Source: an uncultured Christensenella sp.
GTDB taxonomy: Bacteria; Bacillota; Clostridia; Christensenellales; UBA3700
NCBI GenBank assembly: GCA_964478025.1
Contig: CAYZGK010000001.1
Coordinates: 151,631-215,630 of the forward strand
Length of the DNA stretch: 64,000 nucleotides
Reading direction: 5' to 3'
Shown: positions 17,875-26,643 of the stretch, piece by piece
Numbering within the stretch: position 1 is the stretch's first letter
Layout of the letters: every line of letters starts with the position of its first letter
Notes under the pieces: model-generated
Database searches by the model: none
What the model was told of the DNA's origin: nothing
What the model saw: the letters and a program-made list of their open reading frames with translations, nothing else
Made by a program: the position numbers and the translations under genes

Positions 17875-19629
17875 TTGGATAACGAAGAATTAAACCAAAA
17901 TGAGTCAATTGAATTTTCAAAAGATTCTACACCTAGTAAAAAAGTAAGCGTATGGAAGGATGCTAGAAAAAGGGCATCTATAATTTCCGCAATTATTGTT
18001 TTTTGTATAATATTTGCGTTTACTATGGTTCTTTGGTTGTATTTCTTTATCATTAATTATCCAACAGTTACAGTAACTCATAAAAACATTTCAGATTTAA
18101 AAAAGACTTATACGCTTGATTCAACAAATGAGTATATTGCAAATATAAATTATGAAGATTATTTATATGATACAACAACTATTTGGTCTCAAATTAAAGA
18201 TTTGTTTATTCATTCATATAATTTGTCTGAAGAAGGAGTGTTAGAAACAAATAATCCTGTTCAAAATGGTGACATTATAAATAGTTTAATTGAGGACTCT
18301 TCAGGTAGTTTAATTATCTATGTGGATGGAAACTATAAGACAACTCCAATTAAACTTAAAAGTAATGTAACAATTGTTATTAATGAAGAATGCTCTTTAA
18401 TTGGGCCTACTTATCAAGAATGTGTTGAATACAATATTGATGTTGCAAATAAAGGTATTTTATATGCAGAGGGAACTCTAGAAAAGAATGTTTCAAATAT
18501 AAAAATATATGGTCCAGGTTCAATTGTAAGTAATGGAGCAACTTACACAGATGAAGCTGAGGATTCTTCTATCCTGCAACCACTTGAAAAGTTTAATTTA
18601 AAAACAAGAGTACTTCAGGCTCGAAAGAGAATAAGAAAAGCAAAGAAAGTTGGAGATGTAGAAGTATCAAGACCTCATGCTTTATATTTTGCTAATTGTG
18701 AAAATATTGATATAGAATCTGTTCTAATTAAAGATTCTGCAAATTGGACTTGTAAGTTTGTAGATAGTAAAGATATAAGTATAGCAGATAGTGTTATAGA
18801 CAATAACCTTCATGTTGCTAATGCAGATGGATTAGATTTTGTAAGTTGTCAATCAGTAGATGTAAAACATGTATTTGTGGCAACAGCTGATGATGGTTTA
18901 TGTATTAAAGCAAATGGGACTAAAGTTTGTAAAAATATAACATTTAATAGATGTACAGTTATCTCTATGGCAAATTGCTTTAAAATAGGAACAGAAACCA
19001 CACAAGAAATAAAAAATATAGATTGTGTTAATTGTTATTTTGCAATGCCAGAAGGTGTGGTTGGCGGATATGCAGGAATTGCTATAGAATCAGCGGATGG
19101 CTCAAATATTTATGATGTAAATGTGGATAATATTTATATGGAAGGTATTTCAGCAACATTCTTGATTTGGTTAGGATCAAGATTAAATACATATCCAGGC
19201 TCAATTGGTGAAGTAGGAAGTATAAGTAAAATAACTATTTCTAATGTAGTTTCTAATAACATAGAAATGCCAAGTGCAGTAACTGGTTGTATTTATAATG
19301 ATGTAACATATAGAGTAGAAAATGTTACAATAGCTAACTATAAAGCTACATATAGAAATACACAAGAGGAATTAGATGTTGGAGATGTTCAATATGAAGA
19401 AGGAATGAATGGTTATCCTGAAATCACAAGAGTTATTCATTCTTATTTAATATCTCACGAATTAAGTGTTTATAAGGATTTGCCAGTATATGGAGTATTT
19501 GCAAGACACGTATCAGGTATTACATTAAATAATGTAAATATAGAATCTAGGACATGTTCTACATTAAAAAGAGATAATATAAAAGAAGCAGCAGATAGAT
19601 ACGATTTAATTGATGCTGAGGTTAAATAG
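17875..19629 (+). CDS. membrane-anchored right-handed beta-helix protein, GH28/pectin-lyase-fold like
   Basis: AGGAG 17862-17866, TTG start. N-terminal cytoplasmic tail plus TM (IISAIIVFCIIFAFTMVLWLYFFI). NADGLDF, ADDGLCIKA and CFKIGTE resemble GH28 NTDG / GDDC.a.K / G.E blocks. TGtTATAAT extended -10 at 17840-17848. Confidence 0.65.
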   Translation: MDNEELNQNESIEFSKDSTPSKKVSVWKDARKRASIISAIIVFCIIFAFTMVLWLYFFIINYPTVTVTHKNISDLKKTYTLDSTNEYIANINYEDYLYDTTTIWSQIKDLFIHSYNLSEEGVLETNNPVQNGDIINSLIEDSSGSLIIYVDGNYKTTPIKLKSNVTIVINEECSLIGPTYQECVEYNIDVANKGILYAEGTLEKNVSNIKIYGPGSIVSNGATYTDEAEDSSILQPLEKFNLKTRVLQARKRIRKAKKVGDVEVSRPHALYFANCENIDIESVLIKDSANWTCKFVDSKDISIADSVIDNNLHVANADGLDFVSCQSVDVKHVFVATADDGLCIKANGTKVCKNITFNRCTVISMANCFKIGTETTQEIKNIDCVNCYFAMPEGVVGGYAGIAIESADGSNIYDVNVDNIYMEGISATFLIWLGSRLNTYPGSIGEVGSISKITISNVVSNNIEMPSAVTGCIYNDVTYRVENVTIANYKATYRNTQEELDVGDVQYEEGMNGYPEITRVIHSYLISHELSVYKDLPVYGVFARHVSGITLNNVNIESRTCSTLKRDNIKEAADRYDLIDAEVK

Positions 19630-19639
19630 AGAGGTTAAA

Positions 19640-21355
19640 ATGAAAAAATATTCAAAACAAATAGCATTAGCTGTAATTATAGTACTAGCAATTGGAATTA
19701 TAACAATAGCAGTTGTCATGAATTCTATTAATCAAAACTCACAATTCACTCTTGGAGATTATACAGTTGTAAGTGAGGGTAATGGTGTTTCAATTGTTTC
19801 TTATGATGGAGATAATACATCACTTACCATTCCTGCAAAAATTGAAGGTAAAAAGGTTGTTTCAATATCTCAAAAAGCTTTTAATAGTTCAAAAGTTACC
19901 TCTCTTTCTTTTGAAGATAATGCAAGCCTTGAGTTAGATGATTATTGTTTTAGTGGAAATACAACATTAGTATCAGTAACACTTCCATCAAACTTAACAA
20001 GTGTTCCAGCGTACTGTTTTCAAAATTGTACAGCTCTTAGAACTGTTGTTATGCCAGATTCCATTACATATATTGGTTCTTATGCTTTTTATGGATGTAC
20101 CTATTTAGGCAAGGATATAACAACAGATTCAAATGGTGATCAATGGCTTGAACTACCAAAATCATTAAATGAAATCTGTGATAATGCATTCTATGAATGT
20201 GATACTTTAGATTGTATTAAAATACCTACAACTTTAAAGAATATTGGTAATAATGCATTTAGAGGAAGTGCAATTAGAAAAATTGGTGTTTATGATGATG
20301 GCGAAAATTGTATAGAAGTTATAGGCAACTATGCTTTTTATGATACACAATTATATTCAAAATCTGATGATGAATTAAAGTTGGCTAAATTAACTTATAT
20401 TGGAAATTATGCATTTGCTTCTACAAAACTAAATTTCCAATATTTCTATATTTATCCATCAGTTACAGATATTGGAGATTATGCCTTCTCTGGTTCGACA
20501 TCTTTAAAGAAAGTTATATTTGATGAAGACTTATCTACAAGTGTAATTTTAGGAAGCAATATGTTCTTAACATGTACTGCTTTAAACAGTGTAACTCTTC
20601 CAAATAATATGAAATCTTTACCATCTGGAATGTTTATGGGTTGTATTCAACTTTTATCTACAAGTCCACTAATTCTTCCAGAATCATTAGAAACAATTAA
20701 TGATGGTGCATTATCGTTCTTTGCAACATCATCTACATCAACAAAAACATGTAATTATAGAGTATTATTTAATCATACAAAGGGTGATGGAACAGTAGAA
20801 CAAGTTGAATATAATGATTATTTTAGAACAACAACTCTTGATTCTTACTACAATAAAAACGGAGTAAAAACTAATCATTATGTCGTAACTGATTATTATT
20901 CTTCTACAACAACGCCAACAACTTTATATGCTTATGTTGGATTGTATGATGATGATTCATATTATTATCAAGATAGTGCTAAAACAAAGAAGAGTTATGC
21001 ATTTAAATTCTTTACTGCTGCAAATAAGTTAAATACTATAAAGAAAATAAGTGGATATGCATTCGCTGGTTCTCAATTCTCATTATTGTGTTTGCCAGGT
21101 GCTGTTAATGAATTAGGTTCAAGTATCGTATATAAGAGTAAAATAACAACACTATATTTTGATAGCGATAGCGTTTCTAAAACATTTGTTATTGATGAGA
21201 ATGCATTTAATGATTTAAGTTATACAGATTCTGATTCATTTAGATGTTATGTTTTAGGTGGAAGATCTTCTGTTTCTAAACTTGCAGGTTCTTCAATTCA
21301 AACTATATTAGATAATATGGGGGTTTATTTAGACGCTGCCGTAACTCCAGACTAA
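19640..21355 (+). CDS. BspA-type leucine-rich-repeat (LRR_5) surface protein with N-terminal anchor
   Basis: ATG 19640 after GAGAGG. TM IALAVIIVLAIGIITIAVV. Repeated ..I...AF..C..L..V.LP..L..I blocks (ISQKAFNSS, VPAYCFQNCTALRTVVMPDSITYIGSYAFYGC). Confidence 0.8.
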   Translation: MKKYSKQIALAVIIVLAIGIITIAVVMNSINQNSQFTLGDYTVVSEGNGVSIVSYDGDNTSLTIPAKIEGKKVVSISQKAFNSSKVTSLSFEDNASLELDDYCFSGNTTLVSVTLPSNLTSVPAYCFQNCTALRTVVMPDSITYIGSYAFYGCTYLGKDITTDSNGDQWLELPKSLNEICDNAFYECDTLDCIKIPTTLKNIGNNAFRGSAIRKIGVYDDGENCIEVIGNYAFYDTQLYSKSDDELKLAKLTYIGNYAFASTKLNFQYFYIYPSVTDIGDYAFSGSTSLKKVIFDEDLSTSVILGSNMFLTCTALNSVTLPNNMKSLPSGMFMGCIQLLSTSPLILPESLETINDGALSFFATSSTSTKTCNYRVLFNHTKGDGTVEQVEYNDYFRTTTLDSYYNKNGVKTNHYVVTDYYSSTTTPTTLYAYVGLYDDDSYYYQDSAKTKKSYAFKFFTAANKLNTIKKISGYAFAGSQFSLLCLPGAVNELGSSIVYKSKITTLYFDSDSVSKTFVIDENAFNDLSYTDSDSFRCYVLGGRSSVSKLAGSSIQTILDNMGVYLDAAVTPD

Positions 21356-22083
21356 ATAACAAATCCACCATTTACAGAAATTACTTGGCCGTTAATAAAA
21401 CTAGAGTCTTCGGATGCTAGAAATAAAGCGGCCTTTGCTATGTCTATAGGTTCACCTATTCTTGAAGACGGAGTAGAATCAATAAGTTCTTTTATATCCT
21501 CAGTTGATAGGTTTTTATTCATTTGAGTATTAATAAGTCCTGGACTTATGCAATTAACATTAATTCCATTATATCCTACTTCCTTTGCAAGGGCTTTAGT
21601 GAATGCTATAACGCCACCTTTTGATGCAGAATATATACTTTCACATGAAGCTCCAACTTCTCCCCACATAGAAGAGATAGTTATTATTTTTCCAAAGTGA
21701 TTAGAAAGCATATAAGGTAAAACTGCCTTACAAGAATATATTGTTCCAAGTAGGTTAGTGTTTATAATGGAGGAGATGTCATCTATTGATGAGTCTATTA
21801 ATAAATTAGGTTTTGAAATACCAGCAGAAACTATTAATACATCAATTTTTTTGTATTTTGAAATTATAGTAGAAATCATATCATTAACTTCGTTAAAGTT
21901 TGAAATATCTGCTTTAAATATTTCTCCTTGTCCACTGTCTTTAGATATGGTTTCTAAAAGAGATCTTGCCTCATTTAAAGACTTATTATAGTTTATGCAA
22001 ACAAAATAATTATTCTTTGCAAATTCCTTTGCAATAGCCGCTCCAATCCCTCTAGATGCTCCTAAGATTAACGCCGTTTTCAT
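21352..22083 (-). CDS. short-chain dehydrogenase/reductase (FabG-like)
   Basis: MKTALILGASRGIGAAIA (TGxxxGxG), NNAG-like VSAGI, S...YSASK catalytic motif. Start taken at ATG 22083 because the TTG at 22101 lies inside the -10 region. Confidence 0.8.
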   Translation of the reverse strand: MKTALILGASRGIGAAIAKEFAKNNYFVCINYNKSLNEARSLLETISKDSGQGEIFKADISNFNEVNDMISTIISKYKKIDVLIVSAGISKPNLLIDSSIDDISSIINTNLLGTIYSCKAVLPYMLSNHFGKIITISSMWGEVGASCESIYSASKGGVIAFTKALAKEVGYNGINVNCISPGLINTQMNKNLSTEDIKELIDSTPSSRIGEPIDIAKAALFLASEDSSFINGQVISVNGGFVI

Positions 22084-22092
22084 ATTGATATA

Positions 22093-22120
22093 ATTATACA
22101 ATAGTTTTTACTTTGTGCAA
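22093..22120 (-). promoter_or_regulatory. promoter of the SDR gene: TTGCAC-N16-TATAAT, with the -10 ending 9 nt before the ATG
   Basis: Minus strand reads TTGCAC aaagtaaaaactattg TATAAT tatatcaat ATG. No RBS. Confidence 0.55.
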
Positions 22121-22148
22121 GTAATTAAATGCAAAATAAAAGGGCATG

Positions 22149-22157
22149 TGGTATAAT
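22149..22157 (+). promoter_or_regulatory. extended -10 (TGgTATAAT) 7 nt upstream of ATG 22165
   Basis: TG 22149-22150, TATAAT 22152-22157, tcaaacc, ATG. No RBS. Confidence 0.55.
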
Positions 22158-22164
22158 TCAAACC

Positions 22165-23721
22165 ATGAAAGAATTTAAAGAATTAGAAATAGATCCATTA
22201 ATAATAAAGGCACTTCAAGAACAAAATATTGTTGAAATGACTGATATACAAGAAAAAGTTATTCCAGAGGCAATAAGTGGTAAGAATATAGTTGCAAAGG
22301 CTCCTACTGGTACTGGAAAAACTTTAGCTTTTGTTCTACCAATAATGAAAATGGTAGATAGAGAATCAAATAAAGTTCAAGCTTTAGTTATTTGTCCAAC
22401 AAGAGAATTAGTTACACAAATTTGTGATGTTTTTAAGATGTGTACTAAATATTATGAAAGCTTTAGAGTAGCTGGAATTTATGGTGGACAAAATTTTCAA
22501 AGACAACTACTATTCTTGAGAAAAAAACCACAAGTTGTTGTGGGAACTCCAGGAAGATTACTTGATCACTTAGATAGACATACATTAAAACTTAATGAAA
22601 CAAAGTGCTTAGTTCTAGATGAAGGCGATGAAATGTTCGATATGGGATTTAGAGCTGATATTGAAAAATTAATGAAAGCCGTTCCACAAGTAACTACTCA
22701 GCATTTATTATTTTCAGCAACAATTCCAAAACAAATAAAAGAGATCGTAGAGGAAAAGTTTAAAGATCCATTATTTATTGAGACTAAAATCGATGGTGAA
22801 AATATTCCACAAATAAAACAATACTATACAATGGTAGAAGACTCTCAAAGAGTTTCTGCACTTTTATATTTAAAGAGGGTTAATAATTACAATAGATGTA
22901 TCGTTTTTTGTAATACAAAAGCAAGAGCAGATAAACTATATCAAGCACTTGTTAAAGCTCATGCAAATTGTGCCGTTATTCATAGTGATATTAGACAAAA
23001 TGAAAGAAGTAAAATAATGAAATCTTTTAAAAATGGAGAGATAGAAATGCTTGTAGCTACAGATGTGGCTGCTCGTGGTATTGATGTAGAGTCAATAAAT
23101 GTAATATTTAATTTTGACCCACCATCAGATAATGATTTCTATATCCATAGAATAGGAAGAACTGCAAGAGCGAACAAAACTGGGGCAGCATATACTATTA
23201 TTGACTCAACACAAGTTGGATTTGTTCAAGCATACCAAGTTATTACTAATAATGCATTAGAATATATAGATTTGCCAGAGTTTAAAGATAAATTTACGCT
23301 TCCTAAAGATGGTTCTAATAAGTTTCATAAAGTTGAAAAGAATAATGCAACACAAAGATTTTTCTTAAATGTAGGCAAAAAGGATATGTTAGATAAATAT
23401 ACACTAACTAAACTTGTAACATCTAAATGCAAAATAGAAGTTCATGAAATAGTTGATGTTAAAGTAAGTGACACATTCTCATTTGTGGAAGTTGGAAAAG
23501 ATAAAGTAGGAAATATAAAGAAGTTAGCAGGTTTAGTACTTGGAAAAAGAAAAATTGTAATAGAAGAAGCTAAAGGCGAAGAAACTCCTAAAAAGAAACA
23601 AGATAAAACAACAAATGCTAAAAATTTTACAAAGAAGAAAGATAATAAATCTAATAAAACAAATAAAAAGAAATCTTATTCTAAAGAATTTCAAGCTTAT
23701 AAGAACAAATCTAAGATATAG
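22165..23721 (+). CDS. DEAD-box RNA helicase with DbpA-like RNA-binding domain and Lys-rich tail
   Basis: Q motif TDIQ, APTGTGKT, PTRELV, TPGRLLD, DEGD (motif II variant), SAT, ATDVAARGID, HRIGRTARA. Start at MKEFKEL fits the family N-terminus. Confidence 0.9.
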   Translation: MKEFKELEIDPLIIKALQEQNIVEMTDIQEKVIPEAISGKNIVAKAPTGTGKTLAFVLPIMKMVDRESNKVQALVICPTRELVTQICDVFKMCTKYYESFRVAGIYGGQNFQRQLLFLRKKPQVVVGTPGRLLDHLDRHTLKLNETKCLVLDEGDEMFDMGFRADIEKLMKAVPQVTTQHLLFSATIPKQIKEIVEEKFKDPLFIETKIDGENIPQIKQYYTMVEDSQRVSALLYLKRVNNYNRCIVFCNTKARADKLYQALVKAHANCAVIHSDIRQNERSKIMKSFKNGEIEMLVATDVAARGIDVESINVIFNFDPPSDNDFYIHRIGRTARANKTGAAYTIIDSTQVGFVQAYQVITNNALEYIDLPEFKDKFTLPKDGSNKFHKVEKNNATQRFFLNVGKKDMLDKYTLTKLVTSKCKIEVHEIVDVKVSDTFSFVEVGKDKVGNIKKLAGLVLGKRKIVIEEAKGEETPKKKQDKTTNAKNFTKKKDNKSNKTNKKKSYSKEFQAYKNKSKI

Positions 23722-23767
23722 TTTTTTATAAAAGTTTAATTCACGCAAAGGATATTAGTAAGTAATT

Positions 23768-23872
23768 TTAATATGCAAAAAATATTGCATATAAAAACAA
23801 AATTAATATGCAAAAAAAGTTGCATATAAAAATGAATTTAATATGCAAAAAAATATTGCATAATAAATTTTA
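23768..23872. repeat. three 35-bp-spaced units, each containing an 8-6-8 palindrome ATATGCAA-N6-TTGCATAT
   Basis: Units start at 23768, 23803 and 23838 (TTAATATGCAAAAAA.TATTGCATATAAAAA). The third unit has a 7-nt spacer and a 7/8 right arm. Confidence 0.9.
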
Positions 23873-23884
23873 TTGTGTTAATAT
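23856..23884 (+). promoter_or_regulatory. promoter of COG2865-2: TTGCAT-N17-TAATAT with TG extension
   Basis: TTGCAT 23856-23861 is the right arm of the third palindrome; TGtTAATAT 23876-23884. Confidence 0.55.
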
Positions 23885-23907
23885 TAAGAAAAAGCGAGGG
23901 GAAAAAT

Positions 23908-25212
23908 ATGATTAATTTGGGAAAGGAATCAGAATTAGTAGAATTTAAAAAAAGTACAAGTGAATTAAATGAAGCTATAATTTCCATCTCCGCTATGCTT
24001 AATAAAAACGGAAAAGGGAAAGTTTATTTTGGAGTTAAAAATAATGGAGATGCAATAGGGCAACAAGTTTCAGAAAATACACTTAGAGATATATCTCGAA
24101 AAATATATGAAGATATAAATCCAACAATATATCCAAGTATTAATGAAATGAGTGAAAATCCTGGAGTAATAGAAGTTAGTTTTTCAGGGCTAGATAAACC
24201 TTATTCAGCAAAAGGTAAATTTTATATTAGGGTTTTTGATGAGGATAAACAAATAGAAATTAAAGAGTTATTAAATACTATCTATCATAGTGATTCAAGC
24301 AATGCTGTTTGGGAAAAAATTGAAACAAGCGAAACTGAAGATGATATAGATGAAGATTTGTTAAAAGAGTTTGTTGAAAAGGCAAATAAGTGTGGTAGAA
24401 TCAATGAAAAATATTCTAATAAAACTGAAGTTTTAAATAAATTATGTTTAATGACAAATAATCATATAAACAATGCTGGAAGAGTATTATTTTCAAAAAA
24501 TAAACCTTTAACACTAAAATTAGCCGTATTTGCTTCTGATGAAAAGTTGTCTTTTATAGATATAAATAGAGTCGAAGGAAATATTTTTGAATTAAATGAA
24601 AAGGGTCAAAATTATATAAAAGAACATATTAATTATAAGGCGGAAATTAAAGGAAGAGTAAGGGTTGAAACTCCAGAAATTCCGGAAGAAGTAATTAGAG
24701 AGGCTGTGCTTAATAGTCTTTGTCATTCTTCTTTTAGTGAATCAATTAATAATGAGATTTATATTACCCCTTCAAAAGTATCAATTTTTAATCCTGGTGC
24801 TTTTCCTTCAGGTTATGATCCAAAAGATTTTGCATTTAATGGTGTTGAATCGATTTTAAGAAATCCTATTATCTCTCGTGCTTTATATTACTGTAACGAA
24901 ATAGATAGTTGGGCTACTGGATTTAGAAGAATTTTTAAACTTTGTGATTCTAATAATATTAAGATTATGTATCAAAAGAAAAACCAAGGTTTTGAAATTT
25001 CGTTTTATAGATTAAACTCTCAAATCGGTGATATTGAGCAAGAAGTATTAAATCAAATAGCAAATAATCCCAAAATTACAGCTTTAGAATTAGTTGAAAC
25101 TCTAAAAAAATCCCAAAGAACTATTTATAATGTTTTAAAGGAATTAAAAGATAAAGGTATTATTACAAGAGAAGGCTCAAATAGGGATGGGGAATGGAAA
25201 ATTCGAAATTAA
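23908..25212 (+). CDS. COG2865-type protein 2 (paralog of 16348..17688)
   Basis: GAGGGG 23896-23901 then ATG 23908; the GTG at 23875 has no RBS. ESELVEFKKS...VYFGVKNNGDAIG, VIREAVLNSLCHSSF, C-terminal wHTH (ITALELVETLKKSQRTIYNVLKELKDKGIITREG). Confidence 0.75.
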   Translation: MINLGKESELVEFKKSTSELNEAIISISAMLNKNGKGKVYFGVKNNGDAIGQQVSENTLRDISRKIYEDINPTIYPSINEMSENPGVIEVSFSGLDKPYSAKGKFYIRVFDEDKQIEIKELLNTIYHSDSSNAVWEKIETSETEDDIDEDLLKEFVEKANKCGRINEKYSNKTEVLNKLCLMTNNHINNAGRVLFSKNKPLTLKLAVFASDEKLSFIDINRVEGNIFELNEKGQNYIKEHINYKAEIKGRVRVETPEIPEEVIREAVLNSLCHSSFSESINNEIYITPSKVSIFNPGAFPSGYDPKDFAFNGVESILRNPIISRALYYCNEIDSWATGFRRIFKLCDSNNIKIMYQKKNQGFEISFYRLNSQIGDIEQEVLNQIANNPKITALELVETLKKSQRTIYNVLKELKDKGIITREGSNRDGEWKIRN

Positions 25213-25245
25213 TAAATTATAGATAAGGATATTAATTTGCATATA

Positions 25246-25284
25246 AAAACCTAGACATTGAAAATAAGCAAGTCTAGGTTTTTT
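25246..25284. terminator. bidirectional terminator between convergent COG2865-2 and potD
   Basis: AAAACCTAGAC - loop - GTCTAGGTTTT, with an A-run on one side and a T-run on the other. Confidence 0.7.
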
Positions 25285-25319
25285 AAATATAAAATATTTT
25301 GTTTAAGAATGCTATTTAA

Positions 25320-26630
25320 TTATGCGTTTTTAACATTAGTCCACATATCTTGCATCTTTTGTGTTGTTTCGCCAAAATCTCTCATAACAGCACAATTTGC
25401 TAATACTGATTTTGGTTGATATTGAACATAATCTGTAAATACGTTTTTAGAAGCTTCTATAGTTGTAAAGAAATAAGATAAATCACAATACATAAATCTA
25501 TCTGAATCCTCTGAAGTTAATCTAGCAATAGCATCTGCTTCTGATTCATTTTCATTAGCATAAGTAAGGGCTGCATTTGCATAATTAAATGTTTCTTGTG
25601 TTGCTATTGCGGATGTATAACCGATATAGTCCATACTAGCTACTGCTGCCTCATCTGAACACATATAATTTATCCATAAATTAGCAGCCTTTGTATTTAC
25701 GGCATATTTTGGAATTACCCAATAATCACACCAAACGTTCGAACCTTCAGAAGGAACGTAATATGCAAGGCTAGGAGCGGTAGTATTTGCACCTAAAACT
25801 TCTTCAATATGCTCATCACTTAATGTATATACGGCATCTCCTGACCATTGTAATAGTATATCTGATTTTCCTTCAACTACATCAGTCTTTCCATTATCTG
25901 TTTCATAACCATAGAAATTAGGGTATTTCTTTTGAGTTATTAAATTAGCTTGTATTTCGCTTAATTGAGCATCATCAGTATAATTTATTACATCATTAAC
26001 GCTAACTGTTCCTGCAAGCAATTCTGCCTTGTAGGTGTAAATTGCAGCAACAGCAGTTGTGTCTCTTACGCTATCTTTCATTTGAATTTTATATGATGGA
26101 TCCCAAAGAGTTTCCCAACCTTTAGTCTTTATTGTTTCAGTAGATACTTTATCTCTATTATAAACTATACCTAATGTTCCCCACATATAAGCACAAGAAT
26201 ATTCAGTAGAGCTCTTAGCAAACACATCACTTGTTAAATAAGGGGATACATTTTTTCTATAATCTACAATAGCACTTCCATTAACATCTTCACCAAGAGA
26301 TGAATCTAATTTTAAAAGAAGGTCTAAACCTTGCATTTTTTCAACCATATAATCTGATGGGACAATAACATCATAGTCGGCTTTTGACATAGCAATTTTA
26401 GAATACATTTCTTCATTAGTTGGAGTATAAGATACTTCAACAGTAATAGATTCACCTGTAATTTCTTTATAATAAGTTTCAAATGATTCTATTAAATCTT
26501 CATTTAGGTATTCATCAATTGTTAGAATTAACAACTTGTTTTCTCTTTTAGAACAAGATGTTAAAAGGGGAATAATAGAAATTGCAACTAAGCAAACTAT
26601 TGTTAAAATTAAAACTACTTTCTTCTTCAT
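25320..26630 (-). CDS. potD: polyamine ABC transporter substrate-binding lipoprotein (PotD-like, enlarged)
   Basis: AAGGAG RBS, lipobox L-T-S-C. Operon position after potABC. 436 aa against about 350 aa in typical PotD. Confidence 0.75.
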   Translation of the reverse strand: MKKKVVLILTIVCLVAISIIPLLTSCSKRENKLLILTIDEYLNEDLIESFETYYKEITGESITVEVSYTPTNEEMYSKIAMSKADYDVIVPSDYMVEKMQGLDLLLKLDSSLGEDVNGSAIVDYRKNVSPYLTSDVFAKSSTEYSCAYMWGTLGIVYNRDKVSTETIKTKGWETLWDPSYKIQMKDSVRDTTAVAAIYTYKAELLAGTVSVNDVINYTDDAQLSEIQANLITQKKYPNFYGYETDNGKTDVVEGKSDILLQWSGDAVYTLSDEHIEEVLGANTTAPSLAYYVPSEGSNVWCDYWVIPKYAVNTKAANLWINYMCSDEAAVASMDYIGYTSAIATQETFNYANAALTYANENESEADAIARLTSEDSDRFMYCDLSYFFTTIEASKNVFTDYVQYQPKSVLANCAVMRDFGETTQKMQDMWTNVKNA

Positions 26631-26643
26631 TTTAATAAACTCC

